Shown here piece after piece: positions 34,401 to 48,093 of a DNA stretch of 64,000 nucleotides. Source of the DNA: Euglena gracilis (lineage: Eukaryota); assembly GCA_039621445.1 (NCBI GenBank), contig CP154954.1:9178634-9242633 (forward strand). The letters are read 5' to 3'. The translations under genes were made by a program, and so were the position numbers. The notes beneath the pieces are model-generated. The model ran no database searches and was not told the origin of the DNA. It saw only the letters and a list, made by a program, of their open reading frames with translations. Numbering within the stretch: the stretch's first letter is position 1; the number at the start of each line of letters is the position of its first letter.

Positions 34401-36929
34401 GCTTCCACCACCGCGATTCCGCGGCGGGAGGAACGCGACCGCAGCCCCTCCGTCACCATTCTAGAGGCAGCGCCGCCGTCTCCGACAGGAACGGCTGTAT
34501 CCTTCGTCTCTGCCCCGCGAGCGGCAGGGGAATGATCGGTTTCCCCGGCTCCCGCGGCGGCTTCCGTCTGTCCACCGGTAGGTGGAGACCAGGAACTTCC
34601 TGAGGAGGTAGGTGAGAACGTGGAGGATATCCTCTACGCTGCTCTGCCTACTCTGGCACAGCCTAGGCCAGACGAAGCACCCGCAGGGGATATACCTGGG
34701 GCTGCTACGCCTGTTCCAACGGCTGAGCCTCCAGCCGAGGTGACTGGTATGGTCGTCGAGGATATCCTCGAAGAACCTACCAGCCCCGCAGCACGCACCT
34801 CATTAGGAGGCCGTGTGCTCGGCGCCGTCGTCACCGGCATTACTGCCGTGGCTGCTGCACTAACGCCACGAGGTGGAGGCGTAGCATCAAGCTCCGCCGC
34901 CGAGGTCGTGGAGACACCAGATGTCGGTGTCCCCGCACCCCCATCTCCGGCAGCAGTGCAACCATCTTCAGGGGATGAACCCCAGCCGACAGAGCCATCT
35001 GTCGCACCAGCTACAGCGGAGGATCAACCTCCCGTAGTAGCTGCGCCAGCGGTTGTGGAGGATCAACCTCCTAGACCGGATGTCGACATGGAAGTGGAGG
35101 AGATACCCCCACGACCATCGACACCGCGCAGGGTCCCTGCCGTCCCAAGGACAATGGCAGAGTTTCTGGGAGCGCCAGCGCCTGTGGAAGCACCGATTCC
35201 GGTGACGACCACAGTGCCACGCCTCGTCGGACAGGATGAACCTGCTCGGCGACGGCCGGCTGAACAACCCCAGGAACGTGTGCCGACCCCTCGGAGCGTC
35301 ATGCGCGACCCAGCGGTCAGTATGCCCGCTTCGCCCAGACGGCAAACGTCTACTCCGGCACCATCGGCTCCTGATACCAGGAGTAAGCCGCAGGCGTCGC
35401 CTCCTGATTCCGGGAGTGCGAAGCCGAAAGGAGGCAAACCGGGTGCTGCACCCTGTAAGCCCCCTGCCAAAGGCGGTGATGGGAAACCACCACCGAAAGG
35501 TGGCGCTGGAGGTCAGACTGGCGGACATCCGAAAGGCCCTACGACAATGCACGACTATTCGGCCGTTGCATCGTCCGGGTACGGCCAGATCAAACCGAAA
35601 GGTAAGGCTCGTGGCCGACAGGCCCAATCTTCCGCCGGATCGACGGATGAGGAGCAGGATGAACCTGCTTCACCTCCTGTGTCTGCGGATGCCCAGCTCT
35701 GGACTCAGGATATCCTGACCAGACTAGGCACCGTGGAAGAGAGGACGAAGAAACTGGCTGCTATTAGGCACCAGAAAGGGTCACTGAATCGATGGATTCA
35801 GCCCCTCTTCGTCCGAGGAGAACCTTTCCACTATGCCCCGGAACATACCTGGACATTCTGGAACAGGCGCTCACCCAGAGTACTGGCACAGTACTTTGGT
35901 GAGGACTGCGTGTTGGATTTCCAGCACGGCACGTCCTTTGCCTGGACGTGCACCGTGTGCCACCATGTGCGGCACAACCAACCGCTTGTGCATGTGTGCA
36001 AGCGGCAGGTGCAATCCTCGTGGTTCCATCACAGGGCATATGTGCCGAACTGTGTGGCGCTCGTATGTGGCGAGTGCCTGAACGCCTGGAAGCACAGCTT
36101 GAACTACTCCTACAGTGAGAATGCTCACGACAGGGATATCCCTGCCTTGTGCATCAACTGTATAGGAGCCAAGTTCGTGCAGACTGCTGATGGAGCAGTC
36201 ACCACCATTGTCCCCCACCACTGGGAGACACTGGAGAAGTGGAAGAAGGAGTACAAGCAGGTGGAAGGCCGCCTGAAGCACTCCGACTTCCGAAAGGTAG
36301 AAAGCTACCGCCACACGGGAATGGCCCGTGAGTTCCAGATCGACGCTGGGGCAATGCGCCTCGCCGTCGAGGAACACGCCAAGGTAAGAATGCCTTACCT
36401 CTGGACTGATGGCGACTGGGAGACACAGGTTTACCCCCTGTTCTCCAAGCGTCAGCATGGCGGATACGCCTTGCCACTGTGGCCTCCTGAAGAACACGAT
36501 TTGGTGGACTTCAGAGGTTGGTTGGCGGCTGTATTACGGCCCCATACCGCAAGAGCTCGGACAGCGAGGTGGATGTATGACATCAACTTCAAGCAGACCC
36601 CGGGGATGCCCCCGCAGGTGCCTGCGAATCACCCCCGGATGAATTACATCATCTGGCCGGTGATGCTGCCCAGAATTTTCTGGGAGCAACTCCAACGGTA
36701 TCTTCAGCATCATGCTGAACGTACCAGGGAGAAGCTGCCGGATAATTGGATCAAGGACTGGGAGACCCCTTCCTTTGATGTCAACGATCCGGAGCTCAAC
36801 ACCATTCGGAGTGAATCAGCTCCGCCGCGTTCCCCACGCCAACTGGAGTTGGTTGAGGACCCATTAGGGGACCCCCAACACGACTACTGGCGTGAGGTGC
36901 GCGAACGTCCAGCCGATAAAGGCAGGTGA
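31432..36929 (+). pseudogene. ORF3 of A2, disrupted
   Basis: Collinear with 11743-17256; stops at 32506, 33859 and 34533; frameshift ~34150. Confidence 0.9.
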
Positions 36930-38606
36930 GGTGTCTGTGAGCGCCAATGCGGCGTCTTTCAGCACCCTCGTCAGGTATTCGCCTGACACCCTGTTTGGGT
37001 ATTCGCCCGAACAACCCCTTCGAAGACCCTTTGCGGTATTCGCCGCTAGTAAGTTCCCACCGGGATGCTGCCATGTGCAGGATTCCGTGCGCATGCATGC
37101 ACACCCCTCTCCCCTCTCCCCTCTCGCGGGCGTGCGACACGCAGCGCACGACGGGGGCCGACGGCCTCTTTTCCTTTCCCTTTCTTTTCTTTTCGGCCGT
37201 TTGAGGCCTTAAGGCTGCCAGACAGCACAACTTTTCTGGCCTAAGCCAACCCCCCACTCCTCTCTACTTTCCCCCCGGGGCAAATGCTGTCGCCGGCAGT
37301 TGGTTTTGTAGAGTAGGATTTCCTTTTGCGTGGTCAGGTTTGACTGGCCATGCGACCTGCCCAGGTTTGACTGGTCAGAGGCCCCCTCCTTCCACACCCT
37401 CCCCATGCGTTTTCCTGGAATGCCCATGGACCCAACCCCAAGTGCCTTGGTCACACCCAAACTGGGTGGATGGGTTTGTTTGGCAAGGAAACCTGCCAGC
37501 CCCATTTTCCCCAGTGGGCTATAATATACTATATACCCAGAAGCCACCGCAGAATAGGTGAAACCATTTTTGCGCGTTTTGGGCTTTTTGGGTCCCCACC
37601 TTTCCGCCCCCCCCCCCTTTTTGAGTGGACCCCTGTGCGACGGAAAGGGCCCCTGTGGATGCGCCAGGGTGCACCTCCCACAGACCAGGTCTGTGTCCGA
37701 AATCCCTGTGGCCAGAAAGGGGAAATCGGGCATAGCCCTGGGAGGGGGATGTGTACCAGGCGTATGCTTCTGTCCCCTTACGTTGAGGAAGTTAGGATGG
37801 AAGCAGATCCTATTAGGATCTCCTAATGCGTGCCCCTTCTCTCTCCACAGGTGGTATTCTTCTTTATACGTTTTCCTTCCCTTCCATCGGACCGGACTTG
37901 GTTATCCAGTCCGTCCTCCCTGCATTGCTCTGTGCTTTGCTTCTTGGGAAGTGGGAAAAGGGATTTTTCTGTTTCTCTGATTTTCAGTTCCCAAGCAGGT
38001 GCGCTAAGGCGAAAGCGAAGGCTTTTGGGAATTGGGAAAGGGGAATTGGGAATCAGACGTACACTGATACGCCACGGCAATTTTTTGTTGAGGGTGGGTT
38101 AGAAACACCATGTTTCTTTCAGCCCCCCCTTACGCTTCCCCCCACAAGTCCGATTGGACAATTGCCCGCACCGACCGATACGGGTTCTTTTCCGGCATTG
38201 CCATGGCACCCGGAGATGCGTTTGACAGTACCGGCTTATACAAGTCCCACAGAATTTATGAGCAGTGATGTGGAAGAGTTGGAAAATATTTCGCCTCAAC
38301 CCATTACCGTGATTCAGCGCATAGTCGCAAATCTTCCAGTGGACCACCCGCTAACTCGGCAAATCTCCCATGTCCACACTTGTGTAGCGTATTGCGCTAT
38401 GCCACTTAACAAGGTTTTGGATTTAGATGAAAACAACCAAAAGGTTGTAGAACACAAGCTGAATTACCTTTGGAGTTATGTGCGTGATGTTCGTGAGTAT
38501 TGCCAAACAAATTTTCAATCCACCAATGTGGACATAGCAACTTTGCGCCAAGGTTTGGACACACATTTGCAGGTACATTTGCCACAACACTTCCAAAAAG
38601 TGAGTG

Positions 38607-39539
38607 TGTGGGCGCTGGGAAAGAGATTAAAATTCCAGCAAAGGAATTAGGAATTACACAAAATTCTGTCTGTGTTTGTGTTTACAGTGGCAAGCAGCAT
38701 GTTCAGTTTGTGTAGGGGGTGTGGGCCTCACCAATCCCACAACCCCCTGGCGGCTGGCCCCTGGCGCCTGCAGGTCCTGCCACTGGCTGGGATCCATCAA
38801 TTCACCCAGAGGGCCTGGCACCCACCTGGGACCTGCTGCTGGCAGGCTCAGGGCCCATGGCAGGGTGGCCTCTGATGCCAGGCTGCTGGATGCTGTGGAA
38901 GGACATGTCAGAGACGGGAATGCCAAGGATAGATATTCCAGAGATGACGGTCCAAGGGGTATCTTTGGGCTGTTCTGGGGGGGAACCCTGCCAGAACGGC
39001 CCAAGGCGGTGCGGGTGCCTGCTGCTCCCCCCTGCTGCTGTAGGAGACCGATCCCCCTAAGGGTCGGCCTTCGACCCCCGCCCTGCCCCACAGAGAAAAA
39101 AAATAAAACAGACCAACAGAAAGAAAAATTCAAGATTGTGTTCGTGAACAAAAAAAACAAACTCCCAGCGCCTTTTTGCCGAAGGCAGGTTTAGCTGCCC
39201 GGGGCAGCTTTTTAAGGAGGGGAGTGTGGGCGCTGGGAAAGAGATTAAGATTCCAGCAGAGGAATTAGGAATTACACAAAATTCTGTCTGTGTTTGTGTT
39301 TACAGTGGCAAGCAGCATGTTCAGTTTGACTTTGGTTGTTCAGTTCTGGGAAGTATTGTGACTTGTGCCAGCGCAGGGAATTGGGAAGTGGGATTACAAT
39401 GAAAAGTGACAAGGAAAGTCCCAGGTGGGTGCCAGGCCCTCTGGGTGAATTGATGGATCCCAGCCAGTGGCAGGACCTGCAGGCGCCAGGGGCCAGCCGC
39501 CAGGGGGTTGTGGGAGTGGTGAGGCCCACACCCACTACA
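38607..39539 (+). mobile_element. Small non-autonomous LTR-like element (TRIM-like), rearranged
   Basis: TG...CA ends; TSD AGTG; PPT AAGGAGGGGAG before 39225; 104-bp direct and 122-bp inverted repeats. Confidence 0.8.
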
Positions 39540-40674
39540 AGTGAAGCCATGTGTGAAACACAATCCCGCAATGAAGCGATTTTCTCCAACCTGCAACATA
39601 GTTTGCAAGCCTTATCCCATCAATTGGAGCCAATTACGGCAATTTTTACACAATTGCAGCAAAAGTTGCATGAACCTCCCATCAAAAGTCCCAATTTGGG
39701 ACAATTTATAACATTGGAGCAATTCTCCACACTTGCATCCGCATTTCAAGAAGCGCAACAGCGAATTTTCCAGTTGAGCGGTGATTCCGCGAATTTGGCC
39801 CACTTTTCGACCCAAGCCAATGAAAGTTTTGCCCGCCGCACGTATGTGCAACAATTGGAGGAAAGACTTTCTCGATTGGAGAAAAAATGCTGCCATTGTG
39901 GTGGGATTCCTGCTGAAATTGCAAGTTTTCACACCCAAATGGCGAATATCGCGAGTAGGATTGAGAATTTGCAACAACAGTGGCAGAATGACACAATGGA
40001 ATTCCGAACCGCAATCGCAGAACCGCAACGCGGCAACCCGTGCACCAACACCGGATATTAGCGGACTCAAGGCCACCATGTCCGATTTGCACAAACAGTT
40101 ACAACAGGATGTTGGTAGCATTGAAGCCTCATTGGCCAATTTGCATACCCGCTATGCGGAAGTAGCTGGTAGGATCCCGGATGTTACCGGCATTCAAACC
40201 GCGATAGCGTATTTGCACAAACTCATGCAATATTATAATTTGTGTTTTTTCTGTTCAGTCAAACCTCATGAGTTGATTGCTGGGCCCGTGGGTTGTGGCA
40301 TTCTGGGATATCTGCGGACCATGGGATTGATTGAAGACTGGGAGATTTGAGTTTTGTGCTGTGGTTTAGGTTTGGAAATTTGAAGTGGAATTTTCCTGCC
40401 AATGGGTAGGAAGGCGAAGCCCAAGGCAAAGGCGAAACCAAAGGCGAAGCCGAAGCCAGCCAAACAGGGGGCCCGGGGTCGGGCGGCAGAAGAGGTGTGG
40501 ATTGCGAAGAGGGCCCCCAACCCGGCGCCGCCCCTGTTTCACAAGCAACTCAGCAGTGAAGACCTGACGGATGACGCAGTGTCGCATGCTGGATTGGTGC
40601 ATGCACCGGTGGTACATCCTGGAGCTTGACATGGTCAACCTGTTCAAGATGTACATTCCGGTAATTTGGGCCAT

Positions 40675-40797
40675 GCCGCAGATTCACATGGGGTGCATGG
40701 TGCAGATGCCGCAGATGCACGTGGGGTGCATGCTGCAGATGCCTCAGGTGCACATGGGGTGCAGGCTGCAGATGGCCCACATGGACATGGTGTGCAT
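40675..40797 (+). repeat. 33-bp tandem repeat (~3.7 copies; reads AADxHGVHxAD)
   Basis: GCCGCAGATTCACATGGGGTGCATGGTGCAGAT-like units within a broken low-complexity ORF 40402-41269. Confidence 0.75.
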
Positions 40798-42599
40798 CAT
40801 GGGGCTGGCCTGACTGGAGGTGCAGATGACGGAGATGTGCATGTAGTGACGGCCCGGTCAGGGCGGACGGTGGATGATGCCCTGGCCATGCATTCTGAAG
40901 TTGGACATGTTGGTGGCAGAACCCGGCCCTGATGGCAGCATGGCCAACATCGTGAAGGCGGCACAGCAGGTCACATGGCAAGCGACCGAATCCCTGTGTG
41001 CTCCGGCCTGGGAGTTTTCGGTGCTGGCCATGATGGGGCTTGCAACCCCAGGGGCCGCTGAAGCCCCGTCCAGTTCTTCAGGGGAAGCTGAAGGAGAAGT
41101 CCCCAGGGACATCGCTTCCAGCCTCGAAGCCTCCAGGCGGGCAAACAAGGAGTTCAGCTTCGAGGCAGAGGAGGCCCACTGGAGGGCCTTGGCAACGACG
41201 AGATCATTGACGGGTACGGAGAAGAGGAGACGCCGACGAGCCAGGCTCGAGTACCACCGGGCCACATAGCCCACCCTGCCCAGAGGATCGTGGGTGTGGT
41301 TGGTGCATGTGTTTGGGTTTCAAAAAATGAAAGGGGTGCCTCAAACCGAGTCGAAGAGACGGGACTGGGCGGGGCGAAGAGTTCTGTCCAGGTGGTTCCA
41401 CCATAAGGGATGTAAGGGGATTATCATTGGGGAGTGGTTGGGAGTGTGCGTTTCGGCCCCTCTGGATCTGTCCCCAATGCAGTTTTGAGACAATGCAGAT
41501 TTGAGTTTCCAGGGGTGGGCAACATTACCGTTTCCTACTTGAGATGACCCATCTTGTGTGTTTCGACCCCAGGTGGGGGGTACATACATTGTGAGTGGGC
41601 GCTGCTGAGGCAAAATTTTTTCTGAGGGTGAATCATATTAAGAATTGGGAACCCCAGTTTTCAGCTGTATTTTTATCTGACCTTACCCTCTGTTCTGTAG
41701 CTCACAACTGTCTTTCAGTTGATTGCCCAAGGCTTGGATGTCTCATCTTTATTGCTTGGTTTCAATTTGGGAGTTGACACTCAAGAAGTGGGGATATGGA
41801 AGCGCCAGGAGGAATATGAGGAAAATTCATGAATTGGATAAAGAAAAGTTCAAGAACCACCCAGGGGCGCCAGGGTCGCAGGGAATCAGGGTTGGCGGCC
41901 CCGGTGTTCCCCTCTCACAATCAAAACAATTGTTGTGTCATTGGTCACATGCCTGAAGTCCAGGTGGAAGATCAAGAAAGGAAGAACCAAGAAGAAGATA
42001 AGACATTACCGCCGGCACACGCTCAGACAGAGGTGTGTGAGTCATGGGAAGAAGTACAAGATGAATTTTCAGTTTCACATTACATTTTTGGAAGTGACGT
42101 GGAAGATGAGATGTCATTGGAACCCACCCCCACCTGTGCTGCGGCCGGTGGGGCAATGGCAGCTGGGGTAGCTGCAGTCCCCAGTGCCTCTGGGTCCACG
42201 GCCAGTGATGCAATTGAATCCGGGGTTGGCAACCTCGTCATTGGACATCTTGAAACTGGTGCTGACAGGGTGGATTCGGACATGATGGATGTACTGGGTA
42301 CTGGGGTCACCTGTGCTTCGGCCGGTGGCCCAGCTGCAGAAGTACGTGGCGCTGGGAGGACAACATCCTGTTCACACGGCAAGGCCCCCGCCTGTGCTTC
42401 GGCCTGCGGAGGGGCCGATTCAGTCCAGTCATCGGCTGATGACATTGATAATTCTTCAGGATTGGGAATTGTTTGGGAAGGATATCGTAATTGCAGTGTG
42501 CGGTGTTCTAATGATTTCAGTTCTGGAAGTTCTGACCGTGTCTCGACCGGCATAAAAAATTAACAGGGTAGTGCTGCGGCCACCCCTTTTTGGCGGAGT

Positions 42600-45500
42600 C
42601 TTTTCGATCCTTTTGACCGCAAACGGTCGTGTGGTGCCCCGCCTATAGGCGATCACAGGCACTAAAAGCCGTTTCCGGCCAAAGCCGTACGCACGGACAC
42701 GTCCCCTGACGGTTCGCAGTATACGCTGCTTCAAACCTCAGAGTTCGGGTCCCTGCTTACTTTTTATACTTTTCCCTCTTTTTGCACTTGTTTCTGCATT
42801 TTACGCCACAATTCACACTTGGTTTTCGCATTTTTCCTTTAAAAATGCAGAGCACAACGCCAATTGACTACGCTGCAATGAACCTGCGGCATCATTGACC
42901 AGCTCTATTGAGCATTCACAACCCCATAGGAGTAATCAAGCATTGACTCATTTCACAGGTAAGCCTCCTTCCCCGCGTGCGTCACACCTATCGGTATCTG
43001 TGTCGAGTAATCCTCCCCCCGCCCAATGGGCACTCACACACCTATCGGTGTGAAGCTCTATAGAGCAACCCAATGCCCAACAGGCACAACCTCTTCTGTT
43101 GGAAAGCCGATCGGCGAACACCAATTCCCCCCGGCGAGATCTCGCACCAGTACCGATAGGCACATTTGACTCTAAGGCGGATACGCCACGGCAACTTTTT
43201 GTTGAGGGTGGGTTAGAAACACCATGTTTCTTTCTGCCCCCCCCCCCTACGCTTCCCCCCCACAAGTCCGATTAGACAATTGCCCGCACCGACCGATACG
43301 GGTTCTTTTCCGGCATTGCCATGGCACCCGGAGATGCGTTTGACAGTACCGGCTTATACAAGTCCCACAGAATTTATGAGCAGTGATGCGGAAGAGTTGG
43401 AAAGTATTTCTCCTCAACCCATTACCGTGATTCAGCGCATAGTTGCAAATCTTCCAGTGGATCACCTGCTAACGCGGCAAATCTCCCATGACCACACTTG
43501 TGTAGCGTATTGCGCTATGACACTTAACAAGGTTTTGGATTTTGATGAAATCAACCAAAAGGTTGTAGAACACAAGCTGAATTACCTTTGGACTTATGTG
43601 CGTGATGTTGGTGAATATTGCCAAACAAATTTTCAATCCACCAACGTGGACCTAGCAACTTTGCGCCAAGGTTTGGACACACATTTGCAGGTACATTTGC
43701 CTCAACACTCCCAAAAAATGAGTGAAGCCATGTGTGAAACACAATCCCGCAATGAAGCGATTTTCTCCAACCTGCAACATAGTTTGCAAGCCTTATCCCA
43801 TCAATTGGAGCCAATTACGGCAATTTTTCCACAATTGCAGCAAAAGTTGCATGAACCTCCCATCAAAAGTCCTGATTTGGGACAATTTATAACATTGGGG
43901 CAATTCTCCACACTTGCATCCGCATTTCAAGAAGCGCAACAGCCAATTTTCCAGTTGAGCGGTGATTCCGCGAATTTTGCCCACTTTTCTGCCCAAGCCA
44001 ATGAAAGTTTTGCCCCCCGCACGTATGTGCAACAATTGGAGGAAATACGTTCTCGATTGGAGAAAAAATGTTGCCATTGTGGTGAGATTCCCGCTGAAAA
44101 CACACGTTTTCACACCCAAATCGCGAATATCGCGAGTAGGTTTGAGAATTTGCAACAACAGTGGCAGAATGACACAATGGAATTGCGAACCGCAATCGCA
44201 GAACCGCAACGCGGCAACCCGAGCACCAACACCGAATATTAGCGGACTCAAGGCCACCATGTCCGATTTGCACAAACAGTCACAACAGGATGTTGGTAAC
44301 ATTGAAGCCTCGTTGGCCAAGCTGCATACCCGCTATGCGGAAGTAGCTGGTAGGATCCCGGATGTTACCGGCATTCAAACCGCGATAGCGGATTTGCACA
44401 AACGCATGCAAGAAATGAGCACAAAAATGATTCAGGTGCAACCACCAACCCAAGGCAGATTGCCGTTACCAACACCTACCCCCACACTCCTAAACACACA
44501 CTTGGACCAGATTCGCGCTGAAATGTGCACGGAAAATGACCAAATCATGCAAGGATTTTGTGACAGTCTCGTGAACACCGAGAAAACGGTAAAGCAGGAT
44601 GTCACAAAACTTCAAAATGACCTTATCGCGCTATCCGCGCAAGTTTCAGTGTTGCAGAAACAGCCAATGGCTGAAACAGTCAAAGATCCGCATTCGTACC
44701 AACCCACCAAGCCATCTCCACAGTTGGAGAACATTTGCAGTGCGATGCGCACCTTGGGCAACAAGAGTACAGGAATTATACGCTGGTTTTGGTGCAAATT
44801 CGCACGATTTTCAGTCGATTTCTGACAAAATCCCGCTTTTCGATGAGCTACCCTCATACCGTAGGCGGATTAAGCCTTTGCAGGAGGATGTGGGTCGGAA
44901 AACTGACAGTTGGCAGGTTTTTGACCATTTGGAGCAAAGTGTGAGTGAGTTTGCAACAAATTTGGACCAAATTCACGCACAAATGCGTTCCATCCACCAA
45001 AACCCGCAACCGGGTAAAGTTGGCACACTTGCCGCATCTTCCAGCGCAAAAGCGCTATTCGCGCACCAATCCCCGAGTCCACAGGCACATTGCCACCAAA
45101 TCGCGTTTCCGCTCATGCGGTGGTTCCCCCACTAGCATTACCAGTCCCACGGGTGATGAGTCGGGTTTTCAAGCGAAAACCAGACCCACCCCCCTCTTAA
45201 ATCAAGAGATTTAGACGAACTAATTCGTGGTGTGATCCGCACCTCCACACCGGGTATTGGTCATACCACCCAAATTCGCTTAGTGGCACCAATGGTGCAA
45301 CCATGTGATACCTCACCTCCACATGCGCAACCGCATCACCATTCGCGCAATTGCGATTCCGAAAATTTGCATGGTACATATGGTACACTAAGTGGTATGT
45401 TCCATGCGCATTCACAAAATAACCCGAATAACACCCTTGGTGCAACCACCGGTGTACCTGCACATGGTGCAATTTCGCGCCCGGGCCCACACCTGGAATA

Positions 45501-47960
45501 CCACCGAAGGGCCACGGGTTTCTCAGAAAGATTTCAAAGGCACCATCGCGATAGCGAACAAGGTGAAGCCGCAATGGGACGGTGACCCCACCACGTGGAA
45601 ACAATTTTTCTGCGACTGGGAATATTATTGGGATTTGAAGGGACCCACCCAAGATGACAACCCAGAGGTAATCAAGATGGAATTTTTTGTTTACCTCCCA
45701 AGGGAAGAAAAAGAACGCGCCAGACAATTAGTCATTTGCAGGCGCATTTCTTTTGAGGAATTGGTTGAGCAATATGCTTCTTCACGCTCCAGTTTGGTTT
45801 CCAGAATCAGTCTGGAAAACAAATGGCGATTTACCCCCCCCCACCCGGACCGCAATTGGAATTCGATAGACTTATGGTACGCCAAATGGCTTGCATTGAC
45901 AGCCCAAGTTAATGAGTGAGGGTAAAAGCAAATCAAGGAGCAAATTGATGCGGTATTACTGCGTTAATCCCCAAACTCATCAAGGAAATCAACCGCGAGG
46001 AACTCGCGGGACACATTTTGACTCTCGATGAGGGATGGAACTACGTTTCCAAACAAATGAAGTTATCACAACTTCTGGGACAGATTGAATCGTTATATCA
46101 CCACCACCTTACCGCTGGTGTACCCACCGGTTCAGTCCATGCAGTCCAAAGGACTACCTCCCCAAAATCACCAAAATCACCATCGAGTGATTCCAAAACG
46201 GGCTATCCGCGCTCAAACACCAAATCCCCCACACGGGAATCCAAATCGTGCTATTCGCGCACTTTCTGATCAAGCTTCGGACAAAGTGTGCTTTTTGTTC
46301 AATCAACCGGGACATATGTCTCGGGAGTGTCCGAATCCCCAAGCGCGAAAGCGCAGTAAGAGCCCCCGAGGATCCCTCTCTTCCTGGAGTTCACGTTCTT
46401 CACGATCTGCGCATTCGCAGCGGTCAGGATACCGATCGGGTGATGGTCGACCGCGTTTCCGTTCACGCCGCCGCAATAGCGGACGTGGTTTCATACCGCG
46501 TGGTCGGTCATCCCGGCCCACCCGCAATCGGGATGCGAATCGCGATTCTTCGCGATCTCGGTCGCGAAGTGGATCATCCTTTTCGCGGTCCGATCACGGT
46601 GGAGCGGATACCCGCTCCCCACGTCGCTATGATGCCAAAATGCAATCACAATCGCGAGACTGTTGTTCCCTTTGTGGGTATAAAGACCACCATTCATCCA
46701 AGTGCCCCCGTTCCCGTTCTCTCCGCCCTAGGCATGGTCGTCGCGATTCCAATCGCGGTTCTGCCAATAGGCAGCGGGTTGGTTTCAAAATATCATCTAT
46801 AGAGGAAAAAGACCTGGCTTCTGGCAGGGTGGGGGATGAGAGCACCGAAGATGAGCTGATGGAAGACAGGAATGCCATTCGCGCGATACGCGCAATTTAC
46901 TCTAGGAAGTCCACCATAGGCCAAAAGACCGACTCCGATATGGAGTAGGGGAGCCCGAGGTCTGAGGGCACAGACCTCTGGGCTGATGAACAGATGGAGG
47001 TAGGAACTGATCACCCCTGCCCCCCCTGCCCATCGGTCTTTTTGGTCGGTACCCGGAAAAGTTTCGGGTCCCCAACTCCCTGCGCCAAATTTTTGCTTGG
47101 AATTTTGAGCAAAGTAAGCAAAGGGTCATGGAACAGTTGGCGCGACAACAACTTTACACCCGACGCTTCGCTTTGCGTTCCTCCCATTGAACTTTTGGTA
47201 CAAGCGAAAATTAAAACTCAAAATTTTCGTGCACAAGCTAAAATTTTAGTCGACACAGGGTGTTGAATCTTGACCGCTGACAACGGTCCCATGTGCGGTG
47301 GTGACTTGGGAGGCATTTTGGACATAGTACTCCCCATTATCCCGAAGCACCACCCCCCCCCACACACAATTCCAGATTTTTCTGGGTACTTTGGCATTCG
47401 AGGCGAATATCGCCGGGTCAGATGTCATTTTGGGTTTTCCATTCCTACGGCAACACCGATTGGTGGTTTGCGTACTACCCCGCGCACACACACCACACCC
47501 CCAAACTTGTTCCCAATGACGTCACCCAGGACGTCCCCCCGCATTTCCACAACGTTTTCCACAACCGAAAACAGCGTTTCCTACCCTAGGGGTAAAGACA
47601 TATCTGCACCACTACCCACCGCACTTTTACCGCTCGTTTACCATGCGGTAGAGAAAACCAGTAGCTTAACCCAGCACGTTTCGCTGGGTTACCAGGCGAA
47701 AGCCCAAAGGTCTGAAGTAATTGCGGTGTCGAGTAGCCGCCCAGCTGCACAACTTTTTCGCTTTCCACCAGGTGTGTCGACCACAGACACCCCTGTACAC
47801 CCCCCAGCAGCTCCCCCAACCGACACCAACTTATGCACTGACACCCACACAAACGCGCACCACATGCACCAACCCTCCTACCAATGCGCTCACTGTCGGA
47901 GAATCTCCGCTTACCATGATTTTGATTGTGGATGTCTAGTTGAATCTTCCAAACTAATTT
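42600..47960 (+). mobile_element. Family B fragment B2: leader, degenerate gag, readthrough signal, protease and Cys-rich spacer
   Basis: Homologous to A gag; TAG 46946-46948; LVDTGC ~47250; CAHCRRISAYHDFDCGC. Confidence 0.85.
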
Positions 47961-48093
47961 GATTTGATCCCGCAACCGGGAATGTTTGCCCCCCTACACT
48001 TGGTAGTGGTACCTATGTACTTGGTAATGGTACAACCGGTACGGATTTAATAGATAACCAAAAGGTACATGGCCTGGGTACAATGCGTGATAC

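Larger units (their letters stand above)
21866..38065 (+). mobile_element. LTR retrotransposon copy A2, near full length, degenerate
   Basis: 316-bp LTRs 21866-22181 and 37750-38065; TSD GATAC at 21861-21865 and 38066-38070; empty site in paralog at ~43180. Confidence 0.95.
21526..40228 (+). pseudogene. gag: Family B gag (B1), split by A2 (21866-38065) and a small LTR element (38607-39539)
   Basis: Segments 21526-21865, 38071-38606 and 39544-40228 are collinear with uninterrupted B2 (42846 onward). Confidence 0.85.

Noticed and set aside
12000-37700. Numerous short overlapping and antisense ORFs
   Set aside because: Shadow frames of GC-rich retroelement coding sequence with no motifs
47990-48040. 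Additional LTR/PBS (TACACTTGGTAGTGG)
   Set aside because: Short match with no recognisable LTR body; cannot be supported
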